Below are positions 8,157-16,746 of a DNA stretch of 45,215 nucleotides, in pieces. The DNA comes from a virus: the IMG/VR virus record IMGVR_UViG_3300029533_000005, positions 1 through 45,215 of that record; one strand, given 5' to 3'. Every line of letters starts with the position of its first letter. Positions within the stretch are counted from its first letter, which is position 1. The notes beneath the pieces are model-generated. The model saw only the letters and a program-made list of their open reading frames with translations, was not told the origin of the DNA and did not search any database. The position numbers were made by a program, and so were the translations under genes.

Positions 8157-8781
8157 ACCGATTTTATTCAACACCGAAATGGTGAGAGCAATTCTGGATG
8201 GAAGAAAGACTTGCACACGGCGAGTGGTAAAAACCAGACGAAAAGACGCTTGTGGGTTCTACGTTACGAAAAGACCGGACGGCTCATTTACCGGAATATA
8301 TGAATATGACGAAGATGAGAGAATGTTCGAAAATCAGTTGATTCCACCGTACAAGTCGGGAGATATCCTGTATGTCCGGGAAACATGGTGTGATCTTCCA
8401 GTCAATAAAGCCGGTCATATGCGTGGTCATTCCATCTATTATTACAAGGCAGATGGAGATCTGCGACCTGAAGGTTGGCGTGGTAACTGGCGCCCATCAA
8501 TTCATATGCCGAAAGAAGCCGCTAGGATATGGCTTAAGGTTACGGATGTAAGAGTTGAGCGATTGAATGAGATTACGGATAAAGGCGCCGAGCGAGAAGG
8601 AGCACAGCCAGATTATCCATTTGATTACGATGTGGATAAGTGGCCGAATTTGGAGCATTTCAAAAAAATTTGGAACAGCACCATCAAGAAATCTGAACTT
8701 GACCGCTACGGCTGGCAGGCTAATCCGTGGGTGTGGGTGATTAGCTTTGAGCGATGTGAGAAACCGGAGGTGGTGAAGTAG
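8146..8781 (+). CDS. hypothetical protein, possibly ASCH/PUA-like
   Basis: The N-terminal PILFNTEMVRAILDGRKTCTRRV is a motif I associate with ASCH-like phage proteins. This is not verified. Confidence 0.4.
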   Translation: MAIKPILFNTEMVRAILDGRKTCTRRVVKTRRKDACGFYVTKRPDGSFTGIYEYDEDERMFENQLIPPYKSGDILYVRETWCDLPVNKAGHMRGHSIYYYKADGDLRPEGWRGNWRPSIHMPKEAARIWLKVTDVRVERLNEITDKGAEREGAQPDYPFDYDVDKWPNLEHFKKIWNSTIKKSELDRYGWQANPWVWVISFERCEKPEVVK

Positions 8782-8796
8782 ATGGAGAGATTAACA
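8772..8796 (+). repeat. 25-nt exact repeat spanning a gene junction (partner at 7566..7590)
   Basis: The sequence is identical to 7566..7590. Confidence 0.85.
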
Positions 8797-9372
8797 GAAA
8801 GATACGTTCCAAATAATGAAAAGAAAGGGATTGCAGGGATAAAGGTATTTGAATCTGAGAATAAAACACCTCTTGTTAAAGTATTAAGCGGAGAATATTT
8901 ATATCCTGCAATTGAAAAGCTTGCTGATTATGAAGAGTTAGAAGAACGTCTACATAAAATATTTGGAGAAGAATCTACATTTTCTCTTGCTGATGTAATT
9001 GATGCTCTGGAAATGAAGCTTTCTGAACCGGATAAGAAACATCCCGTAAACGCAAGAATTTTGACTTACGAAGAAGCGAATAAATGGCAAGAATATAAAG
9101 ATTTAGAAGAACAGGGCTTGCTTGTGAGACTTCCGTGCAAAGTCGGAGATACTGTGTACACGGTAAGTTATAGGTATGAATGTACTCGTAATTATGATTG
9201 CAAAGTATTCCAAAAGTGGAAATGTGAAGACAATATTCCATGCGAATACGAAAAGAAAGAATATTTTGTGAAAAAATCTCAGTTTTGCTTAACCATGTTG
9301 AATTCTCTTGGAAAAACTATATTTCTCACCCGTGAGGAAGCAGAAAAGGCATTGGAGAAGATGGGAAAATGA
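8782..9372 (+). CDS. hypothetical protein (MERLT N-terminus)
   Basis: A 196-aa co-directional ORF. Confidence 0.55.
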   Translation: MERLTERYVPNNEKKGIAGIKVFESENKTPLVKVLSGEYLYPAIEKLADYEELEERLHKIFGEESTFSLADVIDALEMKLSEPDKKHPVNARILTYEEANKWQEYKDLEEQGLLVRLPCKVGDTVYTVSYRYECTRNYDCKVFQKWKCEDNIPCEYEKKEYFVKKSQFCLTMLNSLGKTIFLTREEAEKALEKMGK

Positions 9373-9584
9373 AATTTAAAGAGTTTGTGAATTGGTGCAA
9401 TGAAAGAGCATGTGATGGATGCTGGGGAATGCTAACAGCTATGGCGTGCATTGATTTAATACAACAGGTTAGAAAAATCCCTTTCTGGAGAAGAGAGAAG
9501 TTTTGGAAAGAAAATTACGAACATCAGGTATTAGACGAGATTGTTAATCCGATAGAAAAGAAACTGGAGGAAATGGGGAAATAA
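9369..9584 (+). CDS. hypothetical protein
   Basis: A 71-aa ORF with an ATGA overlap to the upstream gene. Confidence 0.5.
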   Translation: MKFKEFVNWCNERACDGCWGMLTAMACIDLIQQVRKIPFWRREKFWKENYEHQVLDEIVNPIEKKLEEMGK

Positions 9585-9589
9585 TGTAA

Positions 9590-9628
9590 CGTTGAGGTGG
9601 GGACAACAAGAAATGCTCTGTATGGTAA
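9590..9628 (+). promoter_or_regulatory. bipartite conserved motif CGTTGAGGTGGGGACAA-N16-TGGTAA (candidate late promoter or activator site), copy 1
   Basis: The same 17-mer, the same 16-nt spacing and the same TGGTAA recur at 19960..19998. This copy lies 55 nt upstream of the small terminase start. Confidence 0.5.
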
Positions 9629-9683
9629 CATGGAAATAGAGAATCCATGACCATATGGGGCATTTTTAGTTGGAGGTGAGTAC

Positions 9684-10124
9684 GTGGGAAAGGCACCAAA
9701 GTACACAAGTGTCAAAGAAGTAGAGGATAAAATAGCACAGTATTTTGAAAAGTGCAAGGGTTATCCATTGACCGATGACGAAGGGAAACAAGTCTATAAC
9801 AAATTCGGCCAGCCTATTTTTGTGGACGTTCACCCGCCAACGGTAACGGGGCTAGCATTAGCACTAGGATTCACCAGTAGACAAGCACTTCTAAATTATC
9901 AAGCAAAACCACAGTTCGTTGACACGATTACGCGCGCGAAAGCCAGAGTAGAGCAGTATGCAGAAGAAAGACTGTTTGATCGTGATGGTTCCAATGGCGC
10001 ACAATTTAGCTTGAGAAATAACTTTAAAGGCTGGGACGTTGATAAGAAAAATGATGATTCTGGAGAAGGAAAGATTACGATTGTAAACAATATTCCGAGA
10101 CCGGAGAAACAGGATGGAAAGTAA
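9684..10124 (+). CDS. terminase small subunit
   Basis: GTG start after GGAGGTG. PPTVTGLALALGFTSRQALLNY is an HTH typical of small terminases. The gene lies directly upstream of the large subunit. Confidence 0.75.
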   Translation: MGKAPKYTSVKEVEDKIAQYFEKCKGYPLTDDEGKQVYNKFGQPIFVDVHPPTVTGLALALGFTSRQALLNYQAKPQFVDTITRAKARVEQYAEERLFDRDGSNGAQFSLRNNFKGWDVDKKNDDSGEGKITIVNNIPRPEKQDGK

Positions 10125-11370
10125 TGCTGTCAAGCTAAACGAAATAATAGCCCCGGCTTTTTATGATGTGTTCTGGGATGTGTTAGACGGAAAGCATACC
10201 TATTATGATTTATACGGCGGGCGAGGTTCTACGAAATCTTCTTTTGTTGGAACCATGATTCCATTCCAGATGATGCAGGATGCAGAAAATGGTATCATTA
10301 CGAATGCAGTAGTATTTCGCAAGGTTGGAAACACGCTCCGGGAATCTGTATACGAACAGATAGCATGGGGAATAGATGCACTAGGAGCCAATGATTTATG
10401 GGATGCCAGCATCAGCCCTATGCAGTATACATATAAACCTACTGGACAGAAAGTCATATTTAGAGGTCTTGATAAAGCAAAGAAAACAAAATCTATCAAA
10501 TCTAGTAAAGGATATTTTAAATATCTTTGGTTTGAGGAACTCGACGAATTCTCTGGCATTGAGGAAATTCGTACAGTGCAGCAATCGGTTCTTCGAGGTG
10601 GTAGCAAGTTTGTAGTATATAAGACCTTCAACCCGCCGATCAGCCGGAGCAACTGGGCAAACGTATACGTGTCCGAGCCACGAGCGGACAGTTATAGACA
10701 TAAGAGTGATTATAGAACCGTTCCTGCTGAATGGCTGGGACAACAGTTTTTTGATGATGCGGAGCATCTAAAAAAGACAAGTCCCAGAGCCTACGATCAT
10801 GAATATCTTGGCTTGCCTGTTGGACTTGGAACGAATATCTTTGACCTGTTGGAGATCCGGACGATTACAGACGAAGAAATCCAGAAGTATCAAAGTATAT
10901 ACCAAGGACAGGACTGGGGATGGTATCCAGATCCAAAGGCGTTTATACGTGCTGCTTACGTGGCTAATCAAGAAAAGGTTGTTCTTTTAGATGAAATGGG
11001 TGGGTGCAAGATCCGTAACACGGTTATGGCTAACCAGATCAAAGAAAAACAGTATGATGATTACACCATCTATTGTGGAGTTGATGAAGAAGAAAGCATA
11101 ATTGACTTCCGAGATGCTGGAATTCCGGCACGTAGGGCTTTGGTAACACCTGGAAGCCGTAAATATACGTTTGAGTGGTTGCAATGCCGGACTATCGTTA
11201 TAGATCCAGCAAGAACCCCACGAGCATATAAAGAGATCATTGAGTACGAACATGAAGTGGATAGCAATGGGAATGTGATTGCAGATTATCCAGACGGTAA
11301 CGATCACTGGATAGATGCGTTACGTTATAGCATCTCCCCGATGGCAATGAGACGAGGTCATAGCGCATAA
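10114..11370 (+). CDS. terminase large subunit (PBSX/Terminase_3-like)
   Basis: Walker A-like motif YGGRGSTKSS, acidic WFEELDE, and a C-terminal nuclease-like DHWIDALRY. Size and position fit. Confidence 0.85.
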   Translation: MESNAVKLNEIIAPAFYDVFWDVLDGKHTYYDLYGGRGSTKSSFVGTMIPFQMMQDAENGIITNAVVFRKVGNTLRESVYEQIAWGIDALGANDLWDASISPMQYTYKPTGQKVIFRGLDKAKKTKSIKSSKGYFKYLWFEELDEFSGIEEIRTVQQSVLRGGSKFVVYKTFNPPISRSNWANVYVSEPRADSYRHKSDYRTVPAEWLGQQFFDDAEHLKKTSPRAYDHEYLGLPVGLGTNIFDLLEIRTITDEEIQKYQSIYQGQDWGWYPDPKAFIRAAYVANQEKVVLLDEMGGCKIRNTVMANQIKEKQYDDYTIYCGVDEEESIIDFRDAGIPARRALVTPGSRKYTFEWLQCRTIVIDPARTPRAYKEIIEYEHEVDSNGNVIADYPDGNDHWIDALRYSISPMAMRRGHSA

Positions 11371-12818
11371 TGGGACTTATTACAACAATTAAAAGGTGGA
11401 TAGAAATGATATTTAAAAGCCAGGCAGAAAAGGATTTTAAAATTGACGTGATCGAATCCCCAGTAATGGAAGCAATCACGCAGAAGTGCGCCAACATCTA
11501 CCAAGGTACACCGCCGTGGGTAGATGCAAAAGATGGCATTAAGACCATCAATTTTTCTAAGTCTGTATGCTCGGAGACTGCCAGGCTGGCAACGCTGGCT
11601 ATTGGTATCCGGGTGGATGGATCAGCAAGAGCGGAATGGCTCCAGAAAAAGATTGATACCATGTACTCTCAGATTCGCACATGGGTAGAGTATGGATGCG
11701 CCTACGGTACTGTGTTTATTAAACCAAATGGGGCAGGCTTTGATCACTTCACTCCGCTGGATGTGCTGCTGGTGGATTGCGATAACCAGGAGATCCGGGG
11801 AATTATTTTTAAAGACCAGTATACACAGGGGGATAAAATATACACCAGACTTGAATATCACAGGTTTGTTGATAGCGTTGTGAATGGCGTGGAGGTCTCC
11901 CCGTACTACATCAGCAACCGGGCGTATGTATCCGACTCAGCGGATAGTATTGGCAAACCTATTCCTATGAGTAAAACAAAGTGGGCCGATCTGATGGAAG
12001 AAACACCTCCAATCATGAAAGCTAATGGTGAAAGCCTGGACGGTCCGATGTTTGGCGTATTTCGGACACCACAGGCAAACAATATAGACCAAAATACGAT
12101 TCTTGGGTTACCTATCTACGCAGAAGCGGTTGAGGAGCTGAAAGACCTTGACATTGCGTATAGTCGGAACGCCGGGGAAATCAAAGATTCGCAGAAGATT
12201 ATATTAGCAGATGATCGGTTGCTGATGCCGGACGGTACTCCTATCCACGCACAGACACCAGAGGGATTTGCTAGACGGCGTGATGATATGCATTTACCGC
12301 ATTACGTAAAAAACGTCTATGGCAATGACCAGGAAGAGTTTTATCATGAAATCAACCCACAGCTGAACACAGATGCACGGTTAACAGGAATCAATGCATT
12401 ACTGTCACAGCTTGGCTATAAATGTGGATTTAGTAATGGTTATTTTGTGTTTAACGAGAAAACCGGAATGGTGACGGCTACACAGGTGGAAGCTGATGAC
12501 CGAAGAACAATCCAGTTGATTAAGGATGTCCGTGACAAGCTGCAAACTTGTATGGACGGAGCTATCTATGCCCTTAGTGTATATGCTGATTTGTATGGGC
12601 TGGCTCCGGTTGGCACTTACAAAGTAACCTATGACTTTGGAGATATCACGTACAACTACCAGGAGGACAAGGCTACGTGGTGGAATTATGTGGTGCAGAG
12701 AAAAGTTCCGGCTTGGAAGTACTTTGTGAAGTTTGAGGGAATGACGGAGTCCGAAGCAAAAGCAATGGTGAAAGAAGCGGAGCCGGACGAAAAGACAGGA
12801 CTATTCGAGGAGGAATAA
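11370..12818 (+). CDS. portal protein
   Basis: A 482-aa ORF immediately after the large terminase (ATAATG coupling). The length is typical of SPP1-type portals. Confidence 0.75.
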   Translation: MGLITTIKRWIEMIFKSQAEKDFKIDVIESPVMEAITQKCANIYQGTPPWVDAKDGIKTINFSKSVCSETARLATLAIGIRVDGSARAEWLQKKIDTMYSQIRTWVEYGCAYGTVFIKPNGAGFDHFTPLDVLLVDCDNQEIRGIIFKDQYTQGDKIYTRLEYHRFVDSVVNGVEVSPYYISNRAYVSDSADSIGKPIPMSKTKWADLMEETPPIMKANGESLDGPMFGVFRTPQANNIDQNTILGLPIYAEAVEELKDLDIAYSRNAGEIKDSQKIILADDRLLMPDGTPIHAQTPEGFARRRDDMHLPHYVKNVYGNDQEEFYHEINPQLNTDARLTGINALLSQLGYKCGFSNGYFVFNEKTGMVTATQVEADDRRTIQLIKDVRDKLQTCMDGAIYALSVYADLYGLAPVGTYKVTYDFGDITYNYQEDKATWWNYVVQRKVPAWKYFVKFEGMTESEAKAMVKEAEPDEKTGLFEEE

Positions 12819-12819
12819 C

Positions 12820-13629
12820 ATGATTAGTAATTGTGGACATGATGAAAGAGGAAAATACACAGGCGGACAGGCAGGAGACCAGACGGGCCAGGAGTGGTCT
12901 GTGATTCCGTGGTACAATCGCCCCTGGAATGTGGTATTGAGACATCGTGACCGGAAGATCAGTGAAAAGATTGCTGAGCTTGCGAAAAAAGCGGCAGAAA
13001 ATAATTATATAGGCTATGACCAGGGAGATCGGTATACTTTCTGGGAGAATCTGAAAAAAGTCAATTATGACCCGGCTAAGATCACTAAAAACTGCGAGGC
13101 AGATTGCAGCTCAGGTGTAGCGGCTATCGTTAAGGCAGTTGGTTATCTGCTAAACAGTGAGAGCTTAAAAAACGTAAGTATATACTGCTATACTGGTAAC
13201 CTTAAGGCAGCTCTAAAAAAAGCTGGTTTTGAAGTGCTAACCGATCAGAAGTATCTCACTAGTGACAATCACTTGCTTCCAGGCGATGTCTTACTATATG
13301 AGGGCCATCACACGGCAATCAACCTGGACACTGGCAAAGATATCATATGGCTTGAAGATCACTGGAGTAAGACAGAAAATGGATATACATACATCACTGC
13401 CACAGGTATGGTAAAGAATCGATGGGCGTTGATTAATCACCATCGGTATCTTTTCGACATAAACGGATACATGGTGACGGGCTGGCACAGATGGGACGGC
13501 AAGAACACAGACCCAGCAGACGGAACGGGAGACTGGTATTTTCTGGATAACACCAAAGAAGGACCGTTAGAGGGCGCCTGCTGGCACAGCCGTGATAATG
13601 GATCACAGGAAATTTGGTATGTAAAGTAG
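12820..13629 (+). CDS. cell-wall hydrolase (NlpC/P60-like Cys-His amidohydrolase) with C-terminal cell-wall-binding repeats; candidate endolysin or virion lysin
   Basis: The N-terminus MISNCGHDERGKYTGGQAGDQTGQEW, the Cys in CEADCSSG and the His in YEGHHTAINL fit the hydrolase. The C-terminus carries GW/WY repeats (GYMVTGWHRWDGK...GDWYFLDN). Confidence 0.6.
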   Translation: MISNCGHDERGKYTGGQAGDQTGQEWSVIPWYNRPWNVVLRHRDRKISEKIAELAKKAAENNYIGYDQGDRYTFWENLKKVNYDPAKITKNCEADCSSGVAAIVKAVGYLLNSESLKNVSIYCYTGNLKAALKKAGFEVLTDQKYLTSDNHLLPGDVLLYEGHHTAINLDTGKDIIWLEDHWSKTENGYTYITATGMVKNRWALINHHRYLFDINGYMVTGWHRWDGKNTDPADGTGDWYFLDNTKEGPLEGACWHSRDNGSQEIWYVK

Positions 13630-14850
13630 GTGCTTATGCTATCGCCGGATTATCTTAAAAGAGTATCGGAGGGGAGTGAAGAGATCGCTTCCCTCTTGCA
13701 CAATTACATCATAAAAAAGATCATAGGCCGTATGATGGCAAGATTAGGACGTGGTGACGAATATCTTTTTACCTCATCGGATAAATGGCAAATACAGATC
13801 TTGAAGGATTCTGGGGCGTTGCTGGAAGAGATCACCGCAGAATTGGCGAAATATACAAAGATGCAGGAAAAAGAGATAAAGGCGGCGATGGAAGAAGCCG
13901 GGATAAAAGCCATAGAAAAAGACGATGAGATATATACCGCCGCCGGACTATCACCGAAGCCACTGGAACAGTCTCCGCTACTGATCCGCATTTTGGAGCG
14001 TGATATGATCGCCACAATGAGTGAGTGGAACAATTACACAAGAACCACCGCAGAAGCCGCACAGGCTGTTTTTATCAATGAGTGCGACATGGCATATAGA
14101 AAGGTCATCACAGGGACTACAACGTACACACAGGCCGTCAGAGAAGCTGTGGAAGATGTGGCGAAGAATGGCGTGATTGTACAGTATCCGTCTGGTCATA
14201 AAGACACTATTGAGACGGCAACAGCAAGAGCCGTAAGGACAGGAGTATCACAGGCGGCGTGTGCGATTGCCTTGAAACGTATGGAAGAGATGGACTGGGA
14301 TACAATCCTTGTATCTGCTCATATTGGAGCCAGAACGGGAGACGGCGGCGAAAATCCTGGGAACCATCTGTGGTGGCAGGGGCAGTTTTATAGCCGTACT
14401 GGGAAAGATAAACGTTTTCCCCCACTTTCTGTGACTGGCTATGGCACAGGTGAGGGACTTAGCGGGTGGAACTGCCGCCATAGCATTGGTTCCGGTGATG
14501 GAGTGAACAATCCATACAAGGACATACAGACCGCCGATAATGTCAAAATGGAGAAGTTGGAGCAACGCCAAAGGGCATTGGAGCGTAGAATCCGCAAGAC
14601 CAAGAGGGAAGTTATGGCGATGCAGGAAGCGGTTGACCAGTGTACGGATAACGAAGCAAAGTTTGAATTGCAGCAGATTCTTGACCGTAAGTCATACACG
14701 TTACAATGCCAGAATAAAGCATACAACGACTTTTGCAAAGAAAATAACCTCCGTCCGTTAAGCGACAGGCTAAAAATAGCACACTGGAACAGTGAGCAGG
14801 CGGCAAAGGCCAGAGGAGCAGCGAGGCGATACGAGAAAGGCAAGCTATGA
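13630..14850 (+). CDS. minor head / head-morphogenesis protein (minor capsid protein 2 / SPP1 gp7-like)
   Basis: A 406-aa ORF downstream of the portal. The N-terminus is LSPDYLKRVSEGSEEIASLLHNYIIKKIIGRM. The alternative ATG at 13636 is equally possible. Confidence 0.6.
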   Translation: MLMLSPDYLKRVSEGSEEIASLLHNYIIKKIIGRMMARLGRGDEYLFTSSDKWQIQILKDSGALLEEITAELAKYTKMQEKEIKAAMEEAGIKAIEKDDEIYTAAGLSPKPLEQSPLLIRILERDMIATMSEWNNYTRTTAEAAQAVFINECDMAYRKVITGTTTYTQAVREAVEDVAKNGVIVQYPSGHKDTIETATARAVRTGVSQAACAIALKRMEEMDWDTILVSAHIGARTGDGGENPGNHLWWQGQFYSRTGKDKRFPPLSVTGYGTGEGLSGWNCRHSIGSGDGVNNPYKDIQTADNVKMEKLEQRQRALERRIRKTKREVMAMQEAVDQCTDNEAKFELQQILDRKSYTLQCQNKAYNDFCKENNLRPLSDRLKIAHWNSEQAAKARGAARRYEKGKL

Positions 14851-14878
14851 GTAAATTATTTGAGCCGGAGGACATGGC

Positions 14879-15211
14879 ATGACAGGAATAGAATTTTTAA
14901 ATGAGTGTATTGTGATTTGCAAAAATGTGTCTGTGATCGGCGCTGCTGCTGGTGTCCTCTACTCACTTTATGCCAGAGCAAAGAAACCGCAAGAGGATAT
15001 GGAAAAGCGAATCGAAGCCATAGAAACTGACATCAAAGACATCAAAACAAAGTTAGATAACGATTATTCCAAGATTAACCAGAATCGGGATGATACCCAG
15101 CTTTTAATGAGGAGTATGTTTAACCTTATCGAAAATAAAATCACTGGAAATAACGTTGAGGGTTTAAAAAAAACACGGGACGAACTAATTCAAGCATTGA
15201 CGGAAAAATAA
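14879..15211 (+). CDS. membrane-anchored coiled-coil protein
   Basis: N-terminal TM helix (VICKNVSVIGAAAGVLYSLYA) followed by a heptad-rich region. A GGAGG RBS is present. Confidence 0.5.
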   Translation: MTGIEFLNECIVICKNVSVIGAAAGVLYSLYARAKKPQEDMEKRIEAIETDIKDIKTKLDNDYSKINQNRDDTQLLMRSMFNLIENKITGNNVEGLKKTRDELIQALTEK

Positions 15212-15222
15212 GGAGAATTTTC

Positions 15223-15423
15223 TTGAAAGTCTATGAATTCACTGTGCCGGAACTGAACCGTTTTCGGCAGCTTGCCAACTTTACACCAGATGAGAGGGTA
15301 CTTTTTGAGTATCGGAGCCAGGGAGTACCGTTGGAGGAGTGCGCCGAAAGAATGAATGTCAGCGTGTCAACAGTAAAGCGGATTAGCATTAGAGTAAATA
15401 GAAAAATAATCAAGGTATGTTAA
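15223..15423 (+). CDS. small sigma-70 region-4 / LuxR-type HTH protein (66 aa)
   Basis: TTG start 6 nt after AAGGAGA. LTPDERVLFEYRSQGVPLEECAERMNVSVSTVKRISIRVNRKI matches the region-4 pattern. Confidence 0.6.
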   Translation: MKVYEFTVPELNRFRQLANFTPDERVLFEYRSQGVPLEECAERMNVSVSTVKRISIRVNRKIIKVC

Positions 15424-15452
15424 AAAGAGTCTCGAAATGGAGACTCTTTTTT
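15422..15452. terminator. bidirectional intrinsic terminator
   Basis: The 8-bp stem agagtctc/gagactct has a 6-nt loop. It is flanked by an A-run upstream and a T-run downstream, and lies between convergent genes. Confidence 0.8.
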
Positions 15453-15626
15453 CTATTCAATGAATTTTTCCACAGCTGCCAGAATGAAAGAATTTACAGA
15501 AGGGTAACCCATTCTTCTGGCCTTTTCCTCTATTTGCTCTTTCTCCCCTTTTGGTGTTCGGAGCGTAATCCTATCATACACTTTTGCATTGTAGCGGTCT
15601 TTGACCGCACTAGATGTTTTTGACAT
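15453..15626 (-). CDS. ribbon-helix-helix (CopG/Arc-type) DNA-binding protein
   Basis: Start set at the ATG after GGAGGAACT. Beta strand ITLRTPKG, then helices EKEQIEEKARRMG and SVNSFILAAVEKFIE. Confidence 0.6.
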   Translation of the reverse strand: MSKTSSAVKDRYNAKVYDRITLRTPKGEKEQIEEKARRMGYPSVNSFILAAVEKFIE

Positions 15627-15650
15627 AGTTCCTCCATACATTTGACATTT

Positions 15651-16382
15651 TTATAATTCTGTATTTTTATCAATAAGTTTTTTCCATTCTGGCTTCGCAT
15701 CTACAAAAGCCTGGATTTCTGGATCATATAGCCGTTTTTCTGCTTCTTTTCTTGCTGCCGCAGCATCTTCAAAACTGTCAAAAGTGCCAAGATGAATCTG
15801 GTTTCTTTTTAAAGTTATGTATGCCCTCCACTTTTCTCCACTTCTGGACACTCCATTGCATCCAGAAGAGTTATTTTTGTTTGTCAAGCCATTTTTCCGC
15901 TTGGCGAGTGAAGACGCTTTTGTCCCGTTTAGGAATATTTCTTCCCTATAAAATTTAACGTTTTTAGCTGCAATGGAACGAGAACAATCTATACATTGCA
16001 CCGGGGAAGAATTCGATATGAGCCGATGCAACGGGTATTTTTTTATAGATCCGCATTTTTCACATTTGCACTCTACAAAAAACATTTTGTGCTTACCATA
16101 TTTTTCCGTTCCACACAAGCTAACAACTTCCAGTGCCCCGAAATGTTGACCAAGATACTTTCCATATTCCTGGCATTTAATCTTGGCACGTGCAATCTTT
16201 TTACAAGACGTGCACCCATTTTTTACCATTCCGGTTATGGTTCCACCGGCTCCTCTAAATGCGTGCCCACATTTAACGCAGTGGTACACATAATTTTTAT
16301 ACGACCGCCCATCTCCGGCGGCGTGTTCTTCGTCAATCTGGAGAGATCCGTAGATCCCTCCCACTTCGTATTTGTTCATCAC
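15651..16382 (-). CDS. AP2-domain DNA-binding protein with two N-terminal zinc-ribbon modules
   Basis: The C-terminal GVSRSGEKWRAYITLKRNQIHLGTFDSFEDAAAARKEAEKRLY is an AP2/ERF-type domain. Upstream lie CVKCGH...CTSCKK and CEKCGS...CIDCS. Confidence 0.7.
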   Translation of the reverse strand: MMNKYEVGGIYGSLQIDEEHAAGDGRSYKNYVYHCVKCGHAFRGAGGTITGMVKNGCTSCKKIARAKIKCQEYGKYLGQHFGALEVVSLCGTEKYGKHKMFFVECKCEKCGSIKKYPLHRLISNSSPVQCIDCSRSIAAKNVKFYREEIFLNGTKASSLAKRKNGLTNKNNSSGCNGVSRSGEKWRAYITLKRNQIHLGTFDSFEDAAAARKEAEKRLYDPEIQAFVDAKPEWKKLIDKNTEL

Positions 16383-16558
16383 ATGATCTCCACGCCTAAT
16401 TTTTCAGCTGCCTGGAATGCAACCTGTTCGAAAGTTTCTCCGTCAGCGGCCTCCCACTCAGCTTCCATGTCTGCCAACTCGCAAAGTTCTCTGAGCTGGT
16501 CAAGATCCCATTCCTGACTACTTCTGATTTCTTCTGCCAATTCCTGCTCTCTTGTCAT
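16379..16558 (-). CDS. small highly acidic protein (59 aa)
   Basis: Translated by eye as MTREQELAEEIRSSQEWDLDQLRELCELADMEAEWEAADGETFEQVAFQAAEKLGVEIM. It is the first gene of the minus-strand operon and its stop overlaps the AP2 start. Confidence 0.45.
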   Translation of the reverse strand: MTREQELAEEIRSSQEWDLDQLRELCELADMEAEWEAADGETFEQVAFQAAEKLGVEIM

Positions 16559-16610
16559 TTTATTTACCTCCGTTAACTTTCTTTAATTGTTATATTTCTT
16601 AACTGTCTTA

Positions 16611-16639
16611 AGTATAGCATACTGACACCAGTATGTCAA
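16611..16639 (-). promoter_or_regulatory. near-consensus sigma-70-type promoter (TTGACA-17 nt-TATACT) driving the minus-strand operon
   Basis: The minus strand reads ttgacatactggtgtcagtatgctatact. The -35 box is at 16639-16634 and the -10 box at 16616-16611. Confidence 0.7.
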
Positions 16640-16746
16640 GAGGAAAATGAAAACTTTTTTGATACTTTTATGAACTGTTTCCGGCTCTTTTTTTATGCAA
16701 AAATATAGACATAGAAGTTATTGAATTAGTCATTGGAGGGGTGTGT

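Noticed and set aside
16650-16746. A sporulation-sigma (sigmaK/sigmaE-type) promoter upstream of the orphan cassette
   Set aside because: Only loose resemblance (gaCATAgaag) was found, with no convincing -35/-10 pair. The call cannot be made by eye.
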